Shown in pieces: positions 54,655 to 62,609 of a stretch of 64,000 bases of DNA. The position numbers and the translations under genes were made by a program. Source of the DNA: an uncultured bacterium (lineage in GTDB: Bacteria; Babelota; Babeliae; Babelales; Vermiphilaceae); the NCBI GenBank assembly GCA_963702025.1, contig OY969699.1, positions 736,001 through 800,000 on the forward strand, given 5' to 3'. Under the pieces are notes generated by a model that was not told where the DNA came from, ran no database searches, and saw only the letters and a program-made list of their open reading frames with translations. Positions within the stretch are counted from its first letter, which is position 1. Every line of letters starts with the position of its first letter.

Positions 54655-56379
54655 TTATTTCAGCGCAATATCAATTCCCTGTAATTCTATTGATACTCTG
54701 CCGTTCCAATGATTTTCATTCACCTGTACCGCCAGATCAAAAGAATCTTGACCAAGATCATTGAGTGTCTGGAAAAGTTCCGGCCGATTAAAAAAGATAA
54801 CCGGTTTAATCACCCCATCGGCAAAGACTGAACATTTTACATGTGCATCTTTGAGCATCATCGGTTTTTGCACTATCACCGCATCTTTTACATAAAAACT
54901 TGGATGGCTGTTTTGATTGCCAAACGGTTCAATATGCGCAAGATCATCAATAAACTTTTTGGTAAGATCCGGCATTGTTACCTCTGCATCCAGCGTTATT
55001 TTAGGGCGCAATTCTTCGCGTGAAACCTGTTGCAATAAAAGTTCTTGCAAGCGCGCTTTAAGGATCGGTAAATTTTTTGCCGGCAAACTTAATCCGGCAG
55101 CCATCGGATGTCCGCCAAATTGATCAATCAGATCGGCGCAAGCGGTCAATGCTTGGAACATGTTAAATTCAGGGATCGAGCGGCATGATCCTTTTGCTTT
55201 ACCATCTTTGGTTAAATGGAAAAGCAAGGTTGGCTTGCCATAGCCGCCAACAAATCGTGAAGCAACCAACCCAATAACGCCGGGCGTCCAATCAGCGCTT
55301 GCGGCAATAATAATCTGATCTTCATCAAGATTAATTTTTTTAGTGGCGATTTCTGTTTCTATGCTCGCAACAATGGTGCGTTCAATATCTTTGCGCGCTT
55401 GGTTTAATTCAAAAAGCACTGCCGCAACTTCTTTTACGATTGCCGCATCAGCACCAATTAAAAATTTTACTCCCTGACGCGGATCCTCTAATCTTCCTAA
55501 GGCATTAATTTGCGGCGCGATAGAAAACCCAATGTCGGTCGCCGAGATAATTGGTTTGGTAACTTTGCCATTTTGCTTGAGGGCTTTGAGTGAAAGGCTT
55601 TCAATTTTATTTACATAGTTCAGCCCATGCCGCACCCAAAATCTATTCTCGCCCAACAGTGGCACCACATCGGCAATGGTCCCCAGCAACAATAGTTCAT
55701 ATGCTTTTGCCGGCAACTGCAAGCCCTTTTGTTCATACAAGAGTGAAAGCAATTTAAACCCAACGCCAACACCGGCCAATGATTTAAATGGATAGGCACA
55801 ATCAATCTGATTGGGGTTCACAATCGCATAGGAATCCGGCACATGATCATGTGGTTTATGGTGATCGGTGATAATCAAATCAATGCCCAGCTCTTTTGCT
55901 TTGAGCGCCGGTTCAAACGCGGTGATTCCGTTATCAACGGTAACAATAAGCGTATACTTATTTTGCGCGGCCCGCTCCACAACCTTTGTTGAGATGCCAT
56001 AGCCATCTCGCAACCGATGGGGCAAGAAAAAATTAACATCCGCCCCGAGCGGCAATAAACAGATCATCATTAACGCCGACGAAGTGATACCGTCGACATC
56101 ATAATCCCCAAAAATTAATATTTTTTCTTTATCGGCAATCGCTTTTAAAATGCGGTCCACCGCTTTTTGCGCATCTTTCATCTGCGCCGGATGAGCAACA
56201 TCTTTTTCAAATGAGCTAAATAAAAAAGAATCGATCTGCTCTTTGGTGGTATAGCCACGAGAAAAAAGCAGTTGCGCAATCGGATACGAAATATTATAAG
56301 ATGCAGCAATTGACCAGATTGCATGAGGGTCCCCGTGAGGCATTTTCCAAAGATATTTTGCCCCTCTTATGATGGCCAT
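54655..56379 (-). CDS. recJ: Single-stranded DNA exonuclease RecJ
   Basis: GDYDVDG, TVDNG, TDHH, GTIAD, KGSCRS, GGHPMAAG. Confidence 0.98.
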   Translation of the reverse strand: MAIIRGAKYLWKMPHGDPHAIWSIAASYNISYPIAQLLFSRGYTTKEQIDSFLFSSFEKDVAHPAQMKDAQKAVDRILKAIADKEKILIFGDYDVDGITSSALMMICLLPLGADVNFFLPHRLRDGYGISTKVVERAAQNKYTLIVTVDNGITAFEPALKAKELGIDLIITDHHKPHDHVPDSYAIVNPNQIDCAYPFKSLAGVGVGFKLLSLLYEQKGLQLPAKAYELLLLGTIADVVPLLGENRFWVRHGLNYVNKIESLSLKALKQNGKVTKPIISATDIGFSIAPQINALGRLEDPRQGVKFLIGADAAIVKEVAAVLFELNQARKDIERTIVASIETEIATKKINLDEDQIIIAASADWTPGVIGLVASRFVGGYGKPTLLFHLTKDGKAKGSCRSIPEFNMFQALTACADLIDQFGGHPMAAGLSLPAKNLPILKARLQELLLQQVSREELRPKITLDAEVTMPDLTKKFIDDLAHIEPFGNQNSHPSFYVKDAVIVQKPMMLKDAHVKCSVFADGVIKPVIFFNRPELFQTLNDLGQDSFDLAVQVNENHWNGRVSIELQGIDIALK

Positions 56380-56464
56380 GCGGATCCTAGCTGAGCTATG
56401 GTAACTAATTTTTTATTATCAGAGCTAAAGATACCGTAATTATACAAAAAAAGAAGTTAATTCA

Positions 56465-56773
56465 TTATGATATCGAACAACATGATAAACATTCAAGCTC
56501 AAGACAAGCGCAATCCATACAACATTGACTATTAGCGCAACGAGTTGCGCATGAATTAGGATCCGGTTGCGTTGTGGCCTCTTCTTGAGCATTAATATCT
56601 TTTGGCGAGGCACTAGATTTATTGTTATCATCCAGAGGAATTTGTGTTAATTTATCGCTTTCTTTAAAAGCTACAATTTTATCTCTATTTTTTTCCATTA
56701 CCTCCTTGCCATTTTGCATAGCGGCACATGAGATAAAGCTCAATATGCATAGTATCGCTAAAATATACTTCAT
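56465..56773 (-). CDS. Small secreted protein with Cys-rich C-terminus ending CSIS
   Basis: Signal CAA-MQ; nine Cys in the last ~28 aa. Confidence 0.7.
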   Translation of the reverse strand: MKYILAILCILSFISCAAMQNGKEVMEKNRDKIVAFKESDKLTQIPLDDNNKSSASPKDINAQEEATTQPDPNSCATRCANSQCCMDCACLELECLSCCSIS

Positions 56774-56786
56774 AGAGTTCCCCTTC

Positions 56787-58697
56787 TTATGAGAGATATT
56801 GATTGAATGACGTTAATAAAGCACTGCAGGCCATACCGGCATTAAATTCGCCCAGTGCCGTCACGCATCGTGCTTGCTGCGGCGTATATGAAAAATTAAA
56901 GGTATCGCACGGACCGGAATTAATGCATGCCTCACTATCAAAATCTTTTAGAATCGAATAGAGCGCAGCATATGCCGGATCATTTTTGTATACTTCCAAT
57001 AAGGCATGATCAACGATTATCGGCACATAAATTACCGTCGGCACTTGTGGATCATCGTCACTAAAAACACTCACCGCATGTTTATCAATATCGGTATAAT
57101 CAATTACGGGGAACGGTAAATTGTTTGCACGAGCATAATTTTCAACATTGCGTAATTCAGCACCAATAGTGCCGGCAGAGGCATCAATAAAAATAATAAT
57201 ATCGGCGTGCCGATCCGGCCGCTGCCCGCTAATAGGTGGGTACGGCAAATTAAAATCGGTACCCGCATCAACAAGCCGCAACACCGGCAATGCGTCACGA
57301 GGAATGCCGGCCATTTGATAAATGCAATTTAAATATTCAGCGGTGACCAGACGATCATTACCATACTTTTGTAGAATCCTGGCAAGAATCGTATGCACTA
57401 ATGCTGATTGCGTGGCATTCATAAGATTTTCATCTTGGAATATCTGCTTAATGGTAGCACCAATTGCCAATCCAAAGGTTCCCAAGAATGTGCCCATAGA
57501 TTGTTCTGGCGCATTGCTAACCGAAAGCCCATTTTTAAATTTTCTACCAAAGGCCCACGTTGGCACATAGGCAGCAAAACGTGAGGCGCCAATTTCATAC
57601 GGCGTAAATTCATACCAAATAGTTTCGGTTTGATTTTCTTCACCGCTCACCGCGGTATAAATAGGCAACGGCAATGAGCCATCGCCAATAGCCGCAACCT
57701 GTTCAGAAAGATGCACACTATTTTTGTTCTTTGCAAAAAGACCAAACAGATTATTAGCAATACAGGCCCCATATAAATCAACAAAGCCAACCGGCTGCCC
57801 CGAACAATATTTGGTTAGTACCACCTCTTCTATGAGTGCAGCATCATCAACAGAAAGACCATCCATGTGAGAATAGATATGGTTAATGAGCCAGTCATGA
57901 AAAAGATCAATAGACATGCCGCTCGATATCCATGATGCGATTGCCCACGTTGACCCTGATAGCCCAACTAAATACGAAACAAGATCAAATGTTCCGTGTT
58001 TAATGAACGCTTTTAAAGCGCCGGTGGTATAGAGCATTGCCCTGTATCCGCCACCACTACAGGCAATAGCAACGCGTGGAATTTTTTGTGATGAAGTATT
58101 AAATCCGTATTTTGTTAATGCCTGGCAAATGTAGGCAAGACGCCGCGTACTCTGATCATATTCGGTCGGCACTAAGCCATTACCGGTGCGCACAAAGGCA
58201 AAAGAATCTTTATACGGATTATTTTTGATTGCCGGCAACCTATCAAAAAGCAGCTCTTCAGCCTTCTGTAGAGGCCCTTGATTGGTGTCCCATTCGGATG
58301 CGGTATAACCATAAACATCATCATCTTCCACCGCAATATAAAAGAGCGCACCTTGATTATTATCAACGGCCAGCCCATGATAGGCATCAACCATTGCCTT
58401 AGACACAGTTTGCGCAAGAAGTGATACATCTTCAACAAACAACAATATCAGTGAATGCCCCCACCATATTTGTGGCCGTTCAATCTCTAATTCTTGATGT
58501 GATTCGATAGAATAAATCGCCGTTACACGATTTGCTGATTGATCAATAAAGGGGATCCACATCCGCTGATCATAAAGCGCAACATGCAAATCGCGCGGCG
58601 TTTGATTATACACACTGATAGTGTCAGAATAAATTCGGATAAATAAGACGAAACTTACGAGTAACAGAAAGTTCGTTCTCTTCATTTTTTTATTCAT
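56787..58697 (-). CDS. Secreted cPLA2/lysophospholipase (PLA2_B-like)
   Basis: SGGGYRAM, GLSGSTW, PLPIYTA, WYEFTPYE, VDAG. Confidence 0.88.
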   Translation of the reverse strand: MNKKMKRTNFLLLVSFVLFIRIYSDTISVYNQTPRDLHVALYDQRMWIPFIDQSANRVTAIYSIESHQELEIERPQIWWGHSLILLFVEDVSLLAQTVSKAMVDAYHGLAVDNNQGALFYIAVEDDDVYGYTASEWDTNQGPLQKAEELLFDRLPAIKNNPYKDSFAFVRTGNGLVPTEYDQSTRRLAYICQALTKYGFNTSSQKIPRVAIACSGGGYRAMLYTTGALKAFIKHGTFDLVSYLVGLSGSTWAIASWISSGMSIDLFHDWLINHIYSHMDGLSVDDAALIEEVVLTKYCSGQPVGFVDLYGACIANNLFGLFAKNKNSVHLSEQVAAIGDGSLPLPIYTAVSGEENQTETIWYEFTPYEIGASRFAAYVPTWAFGRKFKNGLSVSNAPEQSMGTFLGTFGLAIGATIKQIFQDENLMNATQSALVHTILARILQKYGNDRLVTAEYLNCIYQMAGIPRDALPVLRLVDAGTDFNLPYPPISGQRPDRHADIIIFIDASAGTIGAELRNVENYARANNLPFPVIDYTDIDKHAVSVFSDDDPQVPTVIYVPIIVDHALLEVYKNDPAYAALYSILKDFDSEACINSGPCDTFNFSYTPQQARCVTALGEFNAGMACSALLTSFNQYLS

Positions 58698-60724
58698 CCT
58701 TTTGGTATGGAGTTATCCTTTCTTTGGCCAACCCATTTTATATTTTCAATAATCGTATCGATCGCACTGTAACTATTAAGCTCGCCCATGAGCATAACAT
58801 TTTTGGCTTGATCCGATGGGTAGGTAAAGTTTTCACTGGCACACACACCTAGTCTAAAGCAGACATCTATATCAAAACTGGCAAATTGTTGTATTTTAGA
58901 TTTTAAATCAGCGCGTTTCATTTCTAGTTCTTTGAGTGCCTTTTGATCAGCAATTCGCGGCATATAAATAACCACCGGTGCCTTTACATTTTTTGCATCT
59001 TTAAAAATACTCACCGCTTTTTTCATTACCTGATCATAGGTAATTTTAGGAAATGGTAATTTATGGGAACGTGCATAATCTTCAATAATTTTAAGGCTCG
59101 AAACACGCAGACTTTTTGGATTGGTTGGATCAATGCTTAATAAATTATCTGACGCATCAACGCAAATGAGTATGTCCATATCTCTGCCCGGCCGCTGGCC
59201 ACTCACCGGCTGGTAGGGTAAATTAGAGAATGAAACACCCGCATCGGTTAAACTTAAAAATGGCGCATCTTTAACCGGACTATTTGGCATGTCACGGCTG
59301 AAATTAAGCACCTTTGCTTCAAAGGGGCGATAGGCGCCAATTTGCTCATCAATTTCCATTACAATGTTTTTTGCAAATTGGAGTGGCATTTTTTTCTCAA
59401 GATCTATTTCTTGGAGCATACGCGTAATGCTGGCTCCTAGGGCAAAACCCCAGATTCCCATTAAGTTCCCAAGACTTAATTCCGGCGTGTCGGTACGCAC
59501 CAAATTACCATTGCGGAATTTAGCGCCAAATGCGCGTGCCGGCACATACATGCCAAGCCATGAACCACCCACTTCATACGGCGTAAATTCATACCACATA
59601 TTTTCAACCGCAAGACTTTCAGCTCTCACCGCTGTATAAATTGGCATCGGCAAATGTCCGCTTTCTATAATTCTTGCTTGCTCAGAGAGATGCTGGCGCT
59701 GCTTCATTGCGCCCTGTTTGCCAAAAAAAGTGTTGGCGAGTAATGCGCCATAGAGATCCACCGGGCCAAGGGGTTGCTCAAAAAGGTATTTGGTGATGAG
59801 CATTTGTCCTATCAATGCCGCATCATCAGAAGACACATTTTTTACCCCGTTGGATAATTTGTCTACTATCCAATCACAAAACACCGGCAATGGCACTCCT
59901 GATGAGTACCAAGAGCCTATTCCCCAGGTTGAACCCGAAAGTGTTGCTACATAAATTATGGCATTTAAAACACCCGATTGTTCAAGCGCACGCAAAACGC
60001 CGAGCGTATAAAGCATTGCACGAGTGCCACCGCCGCTCATTACAAGTGCAATTTTTACCGGTTGAGTCAATGAGGTGCCGATCAATTTTTCTTGCGCTTG
60101 TTTAACGCGCGGTAATCGCCGTGCCACATAGGTTTTTTCAGCTTCGGGCAAATCATTGCCCACTCTCACCTGCGCCGGCTGGCCTCTATATGGGTTTTCA
60201 TTAATTGCCGGCAATTGCTTAAACACCAGTTCTTGGGCTTTATCAAGAAGCGCTTTATTAACGTTCCACTCAACCGTGGTATACCCCAGCAGTATTCCTT
60301 CTTTTTCACCAATATAAAAAACATCACCTTGCAGATCGCCCACATTTTTAGAATTAAATTTTTCTTTTACGTCAAAATAGGGCAATTCCGGTTTAAAAAG
60401 ATTTTTGTCTTCCAGAAACACAAGTTCGCGATCATACCCCACTTTGCGTGCCGGACGTTGTACAATGCCCGATGCTTGGCTTTCCACAAATTGTACCGGT
60501 GAGGCAAGCTTTGCCGTTTGATACTCGTTCTCCCACGGCAACTTCATGCGAAGGTAATAGATGCCAACATACAAATCACGCGGCGTTTGGTTATGAACGG
60601 TGATGCGATCGCCGACTTCCGGCGCCATTTTTTGCACCGCCGGTTCTTCTTTGAGCGTAACCGGTGCATACAAGTTCGCAAAATTTAAGAGCGCGAGCGA
60701 GAGTACTATTTTTTTTGCATCCAT
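58694..60724 (-). CDS. Secreted cPLA2/lysophospholipase (PLA2_B-like), paralog
   Basis: SGGGTRAM, TLSGSTW, PMPIYTA, WYEFTPYE, TDAG. Confidence 0.88.
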   Translation of the reverse strand: MDAKKIVLSLALLNFANLYAPVTLKEEPAVQKMAPEVGDRITVHNQTPRDLYVGIYYLRMKLPWENEYQTAKLASPVQFVESQASGIVQRPARKVGYDRELVFLEDKNLFKPELPYFDVKEKFNSKNVGDLQGDVFYIGEKEGILLGYTTVEWNVNKALLDKAQELVFKQLPAINENPYRGQPAQVRVGNDLPEAEKTYVARRLPRVKQAQEKLIGTSLTQPVKIALVMSGGGTRAMLYTLGVLRALEQSGVLNAIIYVATLSGSTWGIGSWYSSGVPLPVFCDWIVDKLSNGVKNVSSDDAALIGQMLITKYLFEQPLGPVDLYGALLANTFFGKQGAMKQRQHLSEQARIIESGHLPMPIYTAVRAESLAVENMWYEFTPYEVGGSWLGMYVPARAFGAKFRNGNLVRTDTPELSLGNLMGIWGFALGASITRMLQEIDLEKKMPLQFAKNIVMEIDEQIGAYRPFEAKVLNFSRDMPNSPVKDAPFLSLTDAGVSFSNLPYQPVSGQRPGRDMDILICVDASDNLLSIDPTNPKSLRVSSLKIIEDYARSHKLPFPKITYDQVMKKAVSIFKDAKNVKAPVVIYMPRIADQKALKELEMKRADLKSKIQQFASFDIDVCFRLGVCASENFTYPSDQAKNVMLMGELNSYSAIDTIIENIKWVGQRKDNSIPKG

Positions 60725-60852
60725 GACCCTTTTCCTTTCTACAAAAATTTTGCTTCAAATCATACAGTAAAAAACGGGATGGGATAAAGTCAAGCTCCTT
60801 GAATTGAGAGCGAAGAGACTTTGCTTTGGCGATGATTGGAAGTGCCTTCACG

Positions 60853-60920
60853 TCCGTTCGTGGTGAGTGTTTCGCGTAGCGAAATGTATCGAACCATTTT
60901 TCGAAGCACGTCTCGAGAAT
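60853..60920. repeat. Palindromic element
   Basis: TCCGTTCGTGGTGAGTG-hairpin-GTATCGAACCAT..TTCGAAGCA, matching 5891-5955. Confidence 0.8.
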
Positions 60921-61067
60921 TTTTATCTACTTTACTCAAGAAGAGAATTATCATTACAATCTGTTGCAAAGCAGATACAAGAAAAGAAGATGACTCTTGA
61001 ACAGGCTAAAAAAATCTTACCTAATGATCTGCACCAAGAACTGGAAAAGGTGTTAAAAACTCCGTAA
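60921..61067 (+). pseudogene. 3' gene remnant (helical, SOCS-box-like tail)
   Basis: ELSLQSVAKQIQEKKMTLEQAKKILPNDLHQELEKVLKTP*; only nearby start lies inside the repeat. Confidence 0.35.
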
Positions 61068-61168
61068 GCAACAAACTACCTTTTTCAGGTTAAAATGTTT
61101 GAAAATCCACCCATCTTTAAGCAAATTTTGCTTGAAAATCCAGGCAATTCAAATATCATGTTTGCTTT

Positions 61169-61243
61169 TTGACCAAAATGTTGTAATTTTATATCTGATT
61201 ATTGACCAAATCTTAATAAATATTGCTTGATTTTTGACCAAAA
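61169..61243 (+). promoter_or_regulatory. Phased direct repeats, putative operator array
   Basis: TTGACCAAA at 61169, 61202 and 61234. Confidence 0.55.
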
Positions 61244-61250
61244 GGTTCTT

Positions 61251-62603
61251 ATGAAGCGAACTATAGGCTATTATCTTAACCAATGGAAACTTGATAAGTA
61301 TAGAAAACCGCTCTTGCTTCGCGGCGCTCGCCAAGTCGGCAAGACCCATGTGGTTCGAGAATTGGGAAAATCGTATCCCGATTTTGTTGAAATCAATTTA
61401 GAAAAAATACCAAATGCTGAACTTATTTTTGAAAAAGATCTCGAGCCTGAAAGAATTCTGTTTGATATATCTTTAATAGTCGACAAAAAAATTACACCGG
61501 GTGTCACCCTACTGTTTATTGATGAGATCCAAACAGTACCCCGCGCAATCATTGCGCTACGCTATTTTTATGAGATAATGCCAAATCTTCATGTGATAGC
61601 CGCAGGCTCACTGCTTGATTTTGCAATTGAGAAAGTCGGTATTCCCGTTGGCCGAGTTGAATCATTATATATGTATCCAATGTCATTCATAGAATTTTTA
61701 GCGGCCTCTCAAGGAGAATTACTGGTAGAAGAAACAGTTTCTCACGTACTTGAAAAAGAGATGAGTGTCATTATCCATAAAAAATTGCTTGGGCTCTTGG
61801 GAGAATATATTGCCATCGGCGGCATGCCCCAGGCCGTTCAGGTATGGCAAGAAACAAAAGATCCTCGTCAATGCTCAAGAATTCACCATGCAATACTTGA
61901 TACATATCGCCAAGATTTTGGTAAATATGCAAAAAAACTGCAAATTAAATATGTTGAATTACTTTTTGAGCAGATCCCGCTTCAACTGGGAAAAAAATTC
62001 AAATACAGTCTGATTGAAGGTGAATATCGCAAACGTGAACTTGCGCCGGCTCTGGATCTTCTTGTTACCGCCGGCATTGCACATAAAGTTTTTCATTCAG
62101 CGGGCCAAGGCATACCCATTGGTGCCCAAATGGATCTACAAGATTATAAAATTGTATTTCTTGATGTTGCATTGAGCCAAGCAGCACTCGGGCTAGATCT
62201 GGCCGGCTGGTTTTTAAATCCTTTGACTGAATTTAGCAATAAAGGTTCGCTCCTTGAATCATTGGTGGGACAAGAATTACTTGCCTGTGGCGACCCGTTT
62301 AAACAAGATCATCTCTATTACTGGCACCGCGAAGCGCGTACAAGCCAAGCAGAAGTTGATTATCTTATACAAGAAGGTGAGCTAATCATACCAATAGAAG
62401 TAAAAGCTGGCTCAGGAAAAACGCTTAAAAGTCTCCATATGTTTCTTGAAACTCACGCCAAATCGCCCTTTGGCATCAGATTCTCAACACAAAACTATTC
62501 ACTGTATGAAAACATCCGTTCATATCCGCTCTATGCTATTGCACATGCGATAGGAGGTCCGGAAATCAGGCGGGCGGTTAATTCTTTTTTTCACTCATCA
62601 TAA
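61251..62603 (+). CDS. AAA_14 ATPase with DUF4143 domain
   Basis: GARQVGKT, FIDEIQ, AGSLL, GGMP, EVDYL...PIEVKAG (PD-(D/E)xK-like). Confidence 0.9.
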   Translation: MKRTIGYYLNQWKLDKYRKPLLLRGARQVGKTHVVRELGKSYPDFVEINLEKIPNAELIFEKDLEPERILFDISLIVDKKITPGVTLLFIDEIQTVPRAIIALRYFYEIMPNLHVIAAGSLLDFAIEKVGIPVGRVESLYMYPMSFIEFLAASQGELLVEETVSHVLEKEMSVIIHKKLLGLLGEYIAIGGMPQAVQVWQETKDPRQCSRIHHAILDTYRQDFGKYAKKLQIKYVELLFEQIPLQLGKKFKYSLIEGEYRKRELAPALDLLVTAGIAHKVFHSAGQGIPIGAQMDLQDYKIVFLDVALSQAALGLDLAGWFLNPLTEFSNKGSLLESLVGQELLACGDPFKQDHLYYWHREARTSQAEVDYLIQEGELIIPIEVKAGSGKTLKSLHMFLETHAKSPFGIRFSTQNYSLYENIRSYPLYAIAHAIGGPEIRRAVNSFFHSS

Positions 62604-62609
62604 AAAGAA

